NCBI GenBank assembly: GCA_021158225.1
Contig: JAGGUZ010000005.1
Location: 18,882-82,881 of the forward strand
Source: a bacterium
GTDB lineage: Bacteria > Patescibacteriota > Gracilibacteria > UBA1369 > PNNO01
Length of the DNA: 64,000 bases
Reading direction: 5' to 3'
Made by a program: the position numbers and the translations under genes. Below the pieces are notes generated by a model. The model saw only the letters and a list, made by a program, of their open reading frames with translations, was not told the DNA's origin and searched no databases. Each line of letters opens with the position of its first letter. The first letter of the stretch is position 1. Shown here one piece after another: positions 19,741 through 31,474 of the stretch.

Positions 19741-20529
19741 ATGCTTACCGGAATTTTAAAAAAAATAGGACTTAATGAAAAAGAGTCACAGGTATATCTT
19801 TCACTTCTTGAACTTGGTGCCCAGCCTGCCAGCATTATAGGTAGGAAAGCCAATATAAACAGATCTACGACATATCTTGTTTTGGAGTCTCTTATTAAAA
19901 GGGGCTATGTAAATGAACATGTGCGTGCAGATGTAAAATATTTTGCGGCTGCAGATCCTCAAATAATTGTTCAAAATCTTGAACAACAGGAGCATAAAAT
20001 TGATGCAAATAGAGAAGAATTTATAGAACTCTTACCTGAATTTTATGCTTTAACGAATCCTCTTAGTATTAAACCGAGAATAAGATTTTACGAAGGGGAG
20101 GAAGGTGTTAAAAGAGCGATGAATGATACATTAAACGCAAGTGAGAGTCTTTATGCTTGGAGTGCTTTTGATTCCTGGTTTAAGGCTCCTCAAAGCTTAC
20201 AAAAATATATCAAAGAATATGCAAAATTGCGTGCTGAAAAATATAAAATCCCGGTAAAAGTTATTGTACGTGATACTCCGGAAGTCAGAAAATACCTTCT
20301 TAAGCAATATCCTACATTGGAAGACGATAAGGACCCTCTAATGGAAATAAGATGGGTCCCGAAGGGAATTCCGGCGTTTAATAACGAAACAAATATTTAT
20401 GATGATAAAGTATCTATTGTGTCTCTTGCAAGAAACGAATTACTCGGAATTATTATAGAGAGCCACGAGATTGCACAACTTCACAAAGCCATTTTCCAAA
20501 TGTCATGGAACTCTGCTAAAAAAAGCTAA
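19741..20529 (+). CDS. TrmB-family transcriptional regulator
   Basis: LKKIGLNEKESQVYLSLLELG, INRSTTY.VLESL..RG wHTH, P.IRFYEG.EG, IYDDKV. Confidence 0.88.
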   Translation: MLTGILKKIGLNEKESQVYLSLLELGAQPASIIGRKANINRSTTYLVLESLIKRGYVNEHVRADVKYFAAADPQIIVQNLEQQEHKIDANREEFIELLPEFYALTNPLSIKPRIRFYEGEEGVKRAMNDTLNASESLYAWSAFDSWFKAPQSLQKYIKEYAKLRAEKYKIPVKVIVRDTPEVRKYLLKQYPTLEDDKDPLMEIRWVPKGIPAFNNETNIYDDKVSIVSLARNELLGIIIESHEIAQLHKAIFQMSWNSAKKS

Positions 20530-20533
20530 ATAT

Positions 20534-21475
20534 ATGAAGAAAGATCAAATTAAGATTGATGATTCAAATAATAATAAGAGAATCGATAAGTTTCTATCTG
20601 AATATTTTCCGGATTATTCGAGAGCTTCTATTCAAAAATCTATTAAAAACGGGATGATAACCGTTAATGAGGTTAAAGTGAAACCACATTATGATCTTAA
20701 AAAAAACGATATTGTTAATGTTTTTTTAAGTGATAATCAAGTCTATTTTCCAAAGCCGGAAGATATCAAGCTTACTATTGTTTTTGAAAATCCCGACCTT
20801 GCCATAGTGGAAAAACCTTTCGGTATGGTTGTTCATCCCACTCAAGAGGGTAAGCATCTTTCAGGAACACTTGTTAATGCGCTTTTAAAGCATTTTGGTG
20901 CAAAACACTTAAGTTCTATAGGTGGTATGTTGCGTCCGGGCATTATTCACAGGCTTGATAAAGATACTTCGGGATTGCTCATTATTGCCAAAAATAACGA
21001 AATTCATAAATATCTGGTTGGATTAATGAAAAAAAGAGATATTACAAAAAAATATTTAACGCTTGTTCGAGGACATCTTAAACATGAAACGGGACGCATA
21101 GAAGCTCCTTTAACTCGAGCAAAGCGTGATAGAAAAAAAATAGGTCTAGCTATGCCAAAAGAAGGACGTGAAGCTATTACAGAATATAAAACAATCGGTT
21201 TTTACGGACCTTATACTTTAGTTGAAGCAACGATTTTAACTGGAAGAACACACCAAATTCGAGTACATTTTGCTTCAATAGGACATCCTGTTGTTGGGGA
21301 TGAACTTTATGGAGATAAGAAAGTAAATAAAGATCTTAGAAAGTTGGGATTAAAAAGACAATTTCTCCATGCCACCAAACTTTCTTTTAAAATGCCGAAT
21401 GGAGAAAAAATAAATATAAAAAACAAACTGCCTTCAGATTTGAAAGCAGTTATTAAATCTTTGGAAAAAGAATAA
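20534..21475 (+). CDS. rluD: RluA/RluD family 23S rRNA pseudouridine synthase
   Basis: S4 domain (RIDKFL), RPGIIHRLDKDTSGL, TGRTHQIRVH, RQFLHA. Confidence 0.93.
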   Translation: MKKDQIKIDDSNNNKRIDKFLSEYFPDYSRASIQKSIKNGMITVNEVKVKPHYDLKKNDIVNVFLSDNQVYFPKPEDIKLTIVFENPDLAIVEKPFGMVVHPTQEGKHLSGTLVNALLKHFGAKHLSSIGGMLRPGIIHRLDKDTSGLLIIAKNNEIHKYLVGLMKKRDITKKYLTLVRGHLKHETGRIEAPLTRAKRDRKKIGLAMPKEGREAITEYKTIGFYGPYTLVEATILTGRTHQIRVHFASIGHPVVGDELYGDKKVNKDLRKLGLKRQFLHATKLSFKMPNGEKINIKNKLPSDLKAVIKSLEKE

Positions 21476-21477
21476 CT

Positions 21478-21894
21478 TTATTTTTTGTCTTCCGTTTTCT
21501 TTGTAGCCGGTTTTTCAGTTGTAGTTTCCTTCTTTACCGATTCTTCTTTGGGTTTAGCGGTTGTTTCTTTCTTGGTAGTGATACCGATTTTAATATCTTT
21601 GATTTCAAGAACACTTAAATCTCTTCTATGGCCAATTGTTTTTTGATATCTTTTTTTCGGTTTCATTTTAAAAACTCTAATTTTATCCCCTCTTTTATGT
21701 TCAATAACTTCAGCTTCAACTTTAGCACCTGCAACATAAGGATTACCGACCTTAATACTTTTTTCATTCTCTGCATAGAGTAAAACTGTATCAAATATAA
21801 CTTTACCTTTTTCCGTATCAAGCTTGTCGACTTCGATTTTGTCGTTTTTAGCTACTTTATATTGTTTTCCAGCTATTTCTACTATTGCGTACAT
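21478..21894 (-). CDS. rplU: 50S ribosomal protein L21 with K/E/T-rich tail
   Basis: MYAIVEIAGKQYKV, GNPYVAGAKV, KKRYQKTIGHR. Confidence 0.97.
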   Translation of the reverse strand: MYAIVEIAGKQYKVAKNDKIEVDKLDTEKGKVIFDTVLLYAENEKSIKVGNPYVAGAKVEAEVIEHKRGDKIRVFKMKPKKRYQKTIGHRRDLSVLEIKDIKIGITTKKETTAKPKEESVKKETTTEKPATKKTEDKK

Positions 21895-21952
21895 GATGTT
21901 TTCGTTAAATTGCTCAGTAACTTTAATGAAAAGCCTCTAAAAAATCAAGTTT

Positions 21953-23859
<1,907 letters not shown>

Positions 23860-23915
23860 TTAATCCATGCACCTTGCATTCTATCAGGATCTGGCTATAG
23901 TTAATATAGATAAAT

Positions 23916-24000
23916 GCCGAAGTGGCGGAATTGGTAGACGCGCACGACTCAAAATCGTGTTCCGCAAGGAGTGAGGGTTCGATTCCCTCCTTCGGCACCA
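23916..24000 (+). tRNA. tRNA-Leu (CAA)
   Basis: GCCGAAG/CTTCGGC acceptor stem, CACGA-CTCAAAA-TCGTG anticodon arm, long variable arm, GGTTCGATTCC, encoded CCA. Confidence 0.97.
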
Positions 24001-24005
24001 GCTTC

Positions 24006-26039
24006 CTATTTAAACATGTTTTTTAATCTTAGTTTTCTATTGTACTGTATAGCGAATCTATGAGCTTCGTCTCGGATTTGTTGTAATAAGTAAAGACCTT
24101 CGGAGTTTTTATTCATAATGACAGGCAGTTTTTTGCCGGGAACAAATATATGTTCAAACTTTTTTGCAATCGCAATAACAGGTATATCCAAATTCAGTTC
24201 TTTTAAAACTTTCACCCCTTGTGTCAGTTGACCTTTTCCCCCATCTATAAGAATCAAATCGGGCTTAAGTGAAAAGCCTTTATCGTCTTTGTATTTGGAT
24301 TTATTCAAGAGTAAATAGTCAAATCCCCTTTTCTTTTTAAGGCTTTCTGGAAGTTTTTTTAAATGTTGAAATCCAAGCTGTTCACATATACGAGTCATAT
24401 TTTTTCTACTTTCAATATAAACGCGATTTCTTTTTGTTTTGATTGTAAGTGCTTTAACAAATTCTTTACATACAATCTCTTTTTTTGAAATGAATTTTAT
24501 CGATTTAATAACCGATAAATCTTCTTTGTTAATTATTTCCGCAGTTCCAATTTGTTTATCGTCTAATACTCCTTTTGCGATGTTTTTACGCACTTTTACA
24601 ACGATATTTGTTTGAGATTTTGTTAGATAAAGACTTCGTCTTTTTATAACTTCAAGAATTGCCGCAAAATCATCCGGCTTTCCATCTTCAACCGTTTTAA
24701 TTTTAAATTTTTTATAATCTTTTTTAAACGGAGCTCCATCTTCAAATACAATCATGGAAGCCACTTGACTAGTTCCTCCAAGATGTGAAATATCAAAGCA
24801 CTCTATTCTCTTTGGTTTTTTCTTTAAATTTAAAGCTTTCATAATTTCTATAAGAGCTTTTTTCTTGCGAGCGCTATCCGATTGCCACCTTGCTTGATTT
24901 TGTTTTACAAAATTTTTAACGTTATTTAGCGTGAGATCCAAAATTTTCTTTTTTTCACCTTGTCTCGGAGAAATAATTTTAATCTTTTTTTCGGCGATTT
25001 CAGAAATCCATTCTTCCATGTATTTACTTAAATCTAGCTGAGTTATAAGAATTTCTCTCGGGAAATCGGTTGTTTTTTCGTAATATTGCGTAAGAAATGC
25101 CTCCAAAATTTCTTGATTGTCGGAATCTTTTTCTTCTATGTCAATTGCATTCAAAACAAAATTTTCCTGATTAATCAGTTTCCCATCCCTTATCATAAAC
25201 AGAGTAAAAAAAACCTTTCCCATTTGGCTAATAAAAGCTATGGCATCTGTATCTTCTTTACGCGGAGATGTAATTACCTGCTTTTCGCTAATTTCTTGAA
25301 TTGCATTAAGTTTATCTCTAAGCTTAGCAGCTTTTTCAAATTTTTTTTCTAAAGCTGATTCTTGCATTTGCTTTGTTAAATAAAAAATTATTTCTTCAGT
25401 ATTGCCCTTTAAAAAACGTATTATTTGGTTGATTATTTCCGCATATTCATCTTTTGTGCAATTCCCGATACATGGACCCAGACAGCGTTTAATATGATAA
25501 TCCAAACATGGATATTTTATCGTCTTATTGGTGACCTCCACTTTTCCACGAACTTCTTTAAGGGAAAGATTGCAATGTCTGTACGGAAAAATTTTTTTGA
25601 GTACATCAAGCGTTTTTCTCACTTTTGTCGCAGATGTTTTTGGTCCAAAGTAAAGGGCTCCGTCGTTTAATACTTTTCTAACAATATTTATTCGAGGGAA
25701 ATCCTCATTCCGTGTTACTTTTATATAAACAAAATTTTTATCATCTTTCATTAAGATGTTATATTTCGGTCTAAATTCTTTTATTAGATTTGTTTCAAGC
25801 AAAATCGCTTCAAGTTCGTTGTCGACAACAGTAGTTTTTATATCATCAATTTGCTCTACCAGCTTACGTATTCGAATAGAATGTTTGTGAATTTGTTGAT
25901 AATAGCTTTTAACTCTTTTTTGTAAATTAATAGCTTTCCCTATATATAAAACAGTTCCGGTTTTATCGATAAACCGATAAACTCCCGGACTTTTGGAGAT
26001 ACTGTCTATTAATTTTTTAATTTTAGTTGACGGTTTCAT
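24006..26039 (-). CDS. uvrC: Excinuclease ABC subunit C with internal insertion and no C-terminal HhH domain
   Basis: PGVYRF..YIGKA..L..RV GIY-YIG, CLGPC, UVR motif, RIECFDISH, PDLILIDGGKGQL, RDEAHRFA; ATG at 26039 preferred. Confidence 0.95.
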   Translation of the reverse strand: MKPSTKIKKLIDSISKSPGVYRFIDKTGTVLYIGKAINLQKRVKSYYQQIHKHSIRIRKLVEQIDDIKTTVVDNELEAILLETNLIKEFRPKYNILMKDDKNFVYIKVTRNEDFPRINIVRKVLNDGALYFGPKTSATKVRKTLDVLKKIFPYRHCNLSLKEVRGKVEVTNKTIKYPCLDYHIKRCLGPCIGNCTKDEYAEIINQIIRFLKGNTEEIIFYLTKQMQESALEKKFEKAAKLRDKLNAIQEISEKQVITSPRKEDTDAIAFISQMGKVFFTLFMIRDGKLINQENFVLNAIDIEEKDSDNQEILEAFLTQYYEKTTDFPREILITQLDLSKYMEEWISEIAEKKIKIISPRQGEKKKILDLTLNNVKNFVKQNQARWQSDSARKKKALIEIMKALNLKKKPKRIECFDISHLGGTSQVASMIVFEDGAPFKKDYKKFKIKTVEDGKPDDFAAILEVIKRRSLYLTKSQTNIVVKVRKNIAKGVLDDKQIGTAEIINKEDLSVIKSIKFISKKEIVCKEFVKALTIKTKRNRVYIESRKNMTRICEQLGFQHLKKLPESLKKKRGFDYLLLNKSKYKDDKGFSLKPDLILIDGGKGQLTQGVKVLKELNLDIPVIAIAKKFEHIFVPGKKLPVIMNKNSEGLYLLQQIRDEAHRFAIQYNRKLRLKNMFK

Positions 26040-26043
26040 AAAA

Positions 26044-26089
26044 AAAATCCTCACATCGCAATTTTAGTATATCACGATGTGAGGATTTT
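26044..26089 (-). terminator. Intrinsic terminator of the S-layer gene (perfect 15-bp stem, 16-nt loop)
   Basis: AAAATCCTCACATCG...CGATGTGAGGATTTT, ending in a T run on the minus strand. Confidence 0.75.
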
Positions 26090-26111
26090 ATGTCGGATTT
26101 AATTTAAATTG

Positions 26112-28205
26112 TTAAAGCCCGGCTTGATGAAATCTATAGAAAAGTTCAGCTACATTTCCACGTTTCATTCCTTCTCCAGGATAAAAGTTTCCATCTTGAG
26201 CGGTATCTACTAAAGCATGATCTTTTGAGACTTGTACATATTTAGCATACCAAGCATCATTTGGAGTATCCGGATATAAAGTATACGGAGGTACTATCGT
26301 AGAAAGGTCTATAGTTGAAGTCTCAAGGAAAATCTTAAGCATTTCAACCTTGTTAACTTGTTGGCCAGGTTTAAAAGTTCCATCTGGGTAACCTGCAATA
26401 ATTCCTTCGTGTTGGCCTGTTCTTAAGTATGTCATATACCAAGAATTAACTGTTACATCACTAAAACCAAGATCTGTCCCATCATCCGGCAATAGAGAGG
26501 TGTTAAATCCAAGTAGAACTACTTTTGTAGTTTCAGCACGATTAATTACATCGTTTGGTCTAAAAGTTCCGTCAGGATAACCTGCGAAAATTCCTTGATC
26601 TTTTACATATTGAATTGCAGGACAAATAGGATCGCTAATAGGTACATCCGGGAATCCTGCGCAACCTGTTTGGTTAGCTGATAAGTCAACTTTTACATCA
26701 CCTGTTTGAGCGGCATAACCTTCTGAATTTTCCGCATAAACTTTAAATTGGTAAGTTTTTTCAGCAACAACATTACTTGAATCATCTCTTCCATCCCAGA
26801 CTGTTGTGTGAGTTCCTGAACCCTCCACCTCAGATGAAACAGTTCTAATTAAAGTTGAACCATCATAAATTTCAACTTTAACATTAGAAGTTAAATTTAA
26901 GTCGTAAGATATTGTTGTCGTGTCGTTTACTCCATCAGCGTCCGGAGAGAATATATTTGGACTGGCAGTTGCGCTCTGTACTTGAGGCATAGCGGCAAGA
27001 TCACCATCAGCTTCGATTGCTCCAGGATCCGTAGCGTAAGTTGCATCCGCATTTCCATCTCTTGGCCTTTCTGTTCCAAAGTAATCATTTGTAACTTGAG
27101 CTATTTCGGCTCCTTTATCTATACACATAGAACCTGTTCCAAGAGCATAATCGTTTTCGTTCGGTGAATTAATATTTGCAAGAACTGGGTCACAGTCGGA
27201 TTCATGGCTTGCCATAGTTAATCCTAATGAACCGTTTGCATAATAAACATTGTAATCATGACCGGCACCTCCTTGTAGGTCGACGGCATGATTAGAATTG
27301 TTTGCTATAACATTATTTTTAAATTCAGCACCACTAATCCCGGTAGGGACAACTATTCCATCTTTATTATTTACAATAGTATTATTATAAACCTTTGAAT
27401 TATTCCTAAGGTAAATTCCGGCTTTACCCCCTTTGGTTATTATATTATTGTAGATAACGGAATTTTCACCAGATATATTACAAAAACCAGCATTGTTACC
27501 AGCATTGTTATATAAGAAGTTGTTGTGAATTTCACCTGTTGAAATTGCTCCTATAATGTAGATTCCAGCTCCGTAAGTGTCTACGTCATGAATGAAATTA
27601 TCATAAACCTTAATACTATCTCCATTTTCAGCGTTTACAAGAACTCCTCCAGCCATGGTTACACAATTTTCAATTTCAACTTCAGATACAGATACGAATC
27701 TCTTAGTTGTGAAATTTCCATCTGTGGTATTTACCACTATAACTCCGCTTCCTGAGAATTGATCATGAATTTTTAATCCGGAAATTGTTGAACTAATATC
27801 CGTAATTTCTATCGTATTTGAAGATCCACCTTTAATAGAAGTTTGATGATTCGAAATATCTCTATCGGCAAAGTGATTGTAGTATCCACCATATATAGAG
27901 ATGGTTTTTCCTGAAAGATCGAGTGGGAATGTCTCGGAATTGTAATCACCTTCTTCAACATAAATTACATATGAAAGATCGGCTCCGGCTTTAGCTATCT
28001 CAACAGCTTTACTAATTGTCTTTACCGGATTGCTCTTTTCCCCAGTACCTGTATTAGACCCCGCTGTTGAAACATATAACGGTGTTCCTATTACATATAT
28101 AGGGGTAATTGGGGAAATGGGGAAGTATGCCCCTGCAGGCAAAGCCATTGTTACAAACATGGCAATCCCTACAATCATTGTGACTGTTCTCCTTACAATG
28201 TTCAT
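26112..28205 (-). CDS. Secreted surface protein: parallel beta-helix, FlgD-Ig and SLH domains
   Basis: Signal peptide, YVS..G....G...NP.KTI..A, NN-ladder repeats, D.GAIE motif, FSPD.DG.ND...WDGRD, GYPDGTFRP/GYPDGTFKP SLH repeats. Confidence 0.85.
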   Translation of the reverse strand: MNIVRRTVTMIVGIAMFVTMALPAGAYFPISPITPIYVIGTPLYVSTAGSNTGTGEKSNPVKTISKAVEIAKAGADLSYVIYVEEGDYNSETFPLDLSGKTISIYGGYYNHFADRDISNHQTSIKGGSSNTIEITDISSTISGLKIHDQFSGSGVIVVNTTDGNFTTKRFVSVSEVEIENCVTMAGGVLVNAENGDSIKVYDNFIHDVDTYGAGIYIIGAISTGEIHNNFLYNNAGNNAGFCNISGENSVIYNNIITKGGKAGIYLRNNSKVYNNTIVNNKDGIVVPTGISGAEFKNNVIANNSNHAVDLQGGAGHDYNVYYANGSLGLTMASHESDCDPVLANINSPNENDYALGTGSMCIDKGAEIAQVTNDYFGTERPRDGNADATYATDPGAIEADGDLAAMPQVQSATASPNIFSPDADGVNDTTTISYDLNLTSNVKVEIYDGSTLIRTVSSEVEGSGTHTTVWDGRDDSSNVVAEKTYQFKVYAENSEGYAAQTGDVKVDLSANQTGCAGFPDVPISDPICPAIQYVKDQGIFAGYPDGTFRPNDVINRAETTKVVLLGFNTSLLPDDGTDLGFSDVTVNSWYMTYLRTGQHEGIIAGYPDGTFKPGQQVNKVEMLKIFLETSTIDLSTIVPPYTLYPDTPNDAWYAKYVQVSKDHALVDTAQDGNFYPGEGMKRGNVAELFYRFHQAGL

Positions 28206-28396
28206 GGAGAGTTGGGTTAAGAATGTTGACTGAACACAATCTCGAGTATATATAAATTAAACTAATTTGTCACTATATATAAATAATCAAGATATACTCA
28301 ATCATACTTAATAACGACGCGGTGAATAATATATTACAGATTATATGGTAAAATTTACAAAACAGTATATAATATAAGTCCTTATAAAAGCTTTTT

Positions 28397-29473
28397 ATGG
28401 AAGATTTGGAGCTAGCCAGAAGGAAAATCGCATTGCTTGAAACAATAACATTTTTTGATATTTTCGATTTTGCTCTTACTAGTGAGGAATTATGCGATTA
28501 CATCCTCTATAAAAAATGGACTTTGACGGAATTAAGAGAGTTTACGAACCATGAACAATTTATAGTCAATCTTCATAGATATGTGTATCTTAGGGGGCGT
28601 TCTCTAATTGTTAAAGCCAGAAAACACAAGGAACATCAGGCTCGTCAATTAATTAAAAAAGCAAAAAAATATGTGAAATTTATGCAAATGCTTCCGTTCG
28701 TAAGGATGGTATCTATATGCAACAATCTGTCCTTCTACAGTGCGGAGCGAGAAAGCGACATAGATCTGTTTATTATAACTGAGAAAAAAAGATTATTCTT
28801 CGCAAGAAGTATGGTTTGGTTGTATACTCAGCTACTTGGCGTTAGAAGACATGGAAGAAAAACAAAAGGAAGATTCTGCTTGACGTTTTTTGTGTCTGAA
28901 GATTCTATGAATTTGGAAAATATTAAGCATGAAAAAGATATCTATTTTGTCTTTTGGCTACGACTTATGAGACCGCTTATAGGGCAAAAAATATATAGAA
29001 AGTTCATATCAAAAAACAAATGGATTAATAAGTATTTTGATTACGAAATTGATCAAAAAAAACATCTTTTACCTGAATCAAAATCTTTAAAAAAAGTACA
29101 AGCCGGACTTGAATTTATTTTTAAAGGTTATTTTGGAGATATAATTGAATACATATTGAAAAAATGGCAAATAAAAAGAAGCAAAAAGAAAGCTACAAAA
29201 CTTAAAAACCAAGATGGGATTATTATTACGGATACGGTTTTAAAATTTCATAATGATGATATGCGTGATAGGTATCAGCTATTATGGGAACATAGACTTA
29301 AGCAATTTGAACAATTTATCGTTTCCCCTCTTCCTTTCGATTACGATAAACAATTTTTACCGCCGTACCATCAAAGCCGAACTCTTTTCGGAGTTCGTTC
29401 TCCACATAACGACGATAAGAAAAATGAAACGATCTCGCCGAATTTACAAAAAGAACAAACTCCGGCGGATTAA
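28397..29473 (+). CDS. Polymerase-beta-fold nucleotidyltransferase-like protein
   Basis: LPFVRMV.I.N.LS......SDIDLFII motif; C-terminus overlaps der on the opposite strand. Confidence 0.65.
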   Translation: MEDLELARRKIALLETITFFDIFDFALTSEELCDYILYKKWTLTELREFTNHEQFIVNLHRYVYLRGRSLIVKARKHKEHQARQLIKKAKKYVKFMQMLPFVRMVSICNNLSFYSAERESDIDLFIITEKKRLFFARSMVWLYTQLLGVRRHGRKTKGRFCLTFFVSEDSMNLENIKHEKDIYFVFWLRLMRPLIGQKIYRKFISKNKWINKYFDYEIDQKKHLLPESKSLKKVQAGLEFIFKGYFGDIIEYILKKWQIKRSKKKATKLKNQDGIIITDTVLKFHNDDMRDRYQLLWEHRLKQFEQFIVSPLPFDYDKQFLPPYHQSRTLFGVRSPHNDDKKNETISPNLQKEQTPAD

Positions 29474-30662
29474 TGCCGGACTGCGTAACATACAGTATCT
29501 TCGGTTTTATTTGTTTTGTTCCTGACGGAACATGCTTGTAGATGATTTTTTTTATAAACGAGTTAAGTCTGCCTGTTGAAATTCTTTTTCTTCTTTCATC
29601 TATTATTTTCTTTGAAAGATCAAATATTTTACGAATATTTTTTCGCTTGAGTGCAGAAACAACAACAAGAGGTGCCCAAGGAAGAAATACGAATTTTCTC
29701 TGAATCATTGAAATATATCTGTCTCTTTGACTTTCGTCTTCGGCAAGATCAATTTTATTGATTACAAGAATAACACCTTTTTTAGCTTCTAAAATGAATT
29801 CAGCAATATGCATATCTTGTTTAGACAGTTTTTCACCGAAGTCTATTATTAAAAGAGCAATATCACTTTGATCCAGTGCGTGAAAGCATCTTAAACTGCT
29901 GAATTTTTCTATTCCTCTCTCAATTTTGCCTCTTTTTCGCAATCCGGCAGTATCGATTAAAGAAAACTTTGTATCTTCATAAACAATATGAGTGTGAGTT
30001 GCATCTCTTGTTGTTCCCGGAATGTCCGATACAATTACTCTATTTTGCCCAAGAAGTGCATTTACCAAAGAAGATTTCCCAACATTAGGTTTCCCGAGGA
30101 AACAAATTTTAATCTCATCGGATTTTTCAGCTTCTTCTTCCTCTTTTTCCCCTTCTTTGAATCCAAGAGATTTTAAAGATTTAGCTGTTGATTGAAACAA
30201 GTTATCTATACCGGAATTATGAATTGCGGAAACTTCCAAAGGTTTTCCAAATCCAAGTTTGTACAGCTCAACAATTCCTTCTTCAGATTCTTTACTGTCG
30301 CATTTATTTGCAATTAGAATAAGTGTTTTTTTTGATTTTCTTAAAATATCAGCAGCATTGTAATCGTCAACGGTTAAAGGTTGGCTTGCATCCAGTACAA
30401 AATAAATAATGTCAGCTTCTTGGATTGCAAGCTCGGCTTGAGCTTGGATATCGGCTTCTATACTTTCCTTTTTCCCATATTCAAGTCCTCCTGTATCAAC
30501 CAGTGTAACATTGTAGTCTTCCATTAATACATCTTGATAAATCCTATCGCGAGTTGTTCCGGCCTTTGTTGCTATAACAGCAAGACGTTTTTTTATCAAA
30601 CGATTGAACAATGTTGATTTACCGACATTCGGTCTTCCTATTATGGCTATAAGTGGCGTCAT
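29316..30662 (-). CDS. der: Ribosome biogenesis GTPase Der (EngA)
   Basis: Two G domains (GRPNVGKSTLFN, GKPNVGKSSL; DTGG, DTAG) plus KH-like C-terminus. Confidence 0.98.
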   Translation of the reverse strand: MTPLIAIIGRPNVGKSTLFNRLIKKRLAVIATKAGTTRDRIYQDVLMEDYNVTLVDTGGLEYGKKESIEADIQAQAELAIQEADIIYFVLDASQPLTVDDYNAADILRKSKKTLILIANKCDSKESEEGIVELYKLGFGKPLEVSAIHNSGIDNLFQSTAKSLKSLGFKEGEKEEEEAEKSDEIKICFLGKPNVGKSSLVNALLGQNRVIVSDIPGTTRDATHTHIVYEDTKFSLIDTAGLRKRGKIERGIEKFSSLRCFHALDQSDIALLIIDFGEKLSKQDMHIAEFILEAKKGVILVINKIDLAEDESQRDRYISMIQRKFVFLPWAPLVVVSALKRKNIRKIFDLSKKIIDERRKRISTGRLNSFIKKIIYKHVPSGTKQIKPKILYVTQSGINPPEFVLFVNSARSFHFSYRRYVENELRKEFGFDGTAVKIVYRNRKEEGKR

Positions 30663-30784
30663 GTGATTTGCTTAAGCTTAAAGTATTCTAAAGTAAAAGC
30701 TTGATAATTGAAACAAATATTTTTTATGTGATGGTCTATAATTCATGATATAATTATTTATGTCATGAAATTAATTGCGTTTAA

Positions 30785-31294
30785 ATGAAAAAATTATTAG
30801 CCATTTTTACAGTTTTTATTGTTATTGGCAGTATCTTTAGCTTGTCTGTTATGGAAACTGTAAATGCACAGGATCCTCCCAGTAAAAGAAGTATTGGTAC
30901 GACTATACTTCCCGAGGGAGACAAGATATCAAAGGAAGAATGCACAAAAAAACTTCTTGATTTAGATAAACAGGAAGATCCGGTAAAAGCGTTTAAAAAG
31001 GAAGAACCTTCAGAGCGCGATACAATACTGGCTTGCTCCATAAAAACAGGCAGAATTCATTTTTGGATGATTCCCTATTTTATTGTTTATATAATAGAAT
31101 TTCTAACAGGTATAGCAGGATTAATTGCAATTCTATTTATTGTGATTGGAGGATATCAACTTGTAATTTCCGGAGCCAATGACAGTCTAAAAGATTCCGC
31201 TAAAAACACAATTAAAAATGCATTAACGGGGCTTGTCCTTACACTTATTGCCTGGACAGTTGTAAATTTGATTCAATATATAGTAACGATTTAA
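30785..31294 (+). CDS. Pilin-like membrane protein (TrbC/VirB2-like, CPR type)
   Basis: Signal peptide, Cys pair, AGLIAILFIVIGGYQLVISG...AKNTIKNALTGLVL..IAW..V. Confidence 0.75.
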   Translation: MKKLLAIFTVFIVIGSIFSLSVMETVNAQDPPSKRSIGTTILPEGDKISKEECTKKLLDLDKQEDPVKAFKKEEPSERDTILACSIKTGRIHFWMIPYFIVYIIEFLTGIAGLIAILFIVIGGYQLVISGANDSLKDSAKNTIKNALTGLVLTLIAWTVVNLIQYIVTI

Positions 31295-31441
31295 AAAATA
31301 GTATCACTATTTCTATCTAAGTTGATTACATTTACTCCAGAGTCTGTTTCCTTTTGGAATTCATAAAAACCTATATCGTACGCCGACCACTGAGCTCAAA
31401 AAAGCTGTTACTCCTTCACCAATTAGAAGTTTTTTCTTCAT
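31291..31441 (-). pseudogene. Possible collapsed remnant of a secreted protein gene
   Basis: MKKKLLIGEGVTAFLSSVV (signal-like) joined out of frame to AYDIGFYEF...TIF*. Confidence 0.35.
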
Positions 31442-31474
31442 TTTGTTTCTATTTTTAAAGTTTTCTTCTTAAAA

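Noticed and set aside
24264..24635. Intein in uvrC
   Set aside because: No terminal HN followed by C/S/T and no LAGLIDADG-like blocks.
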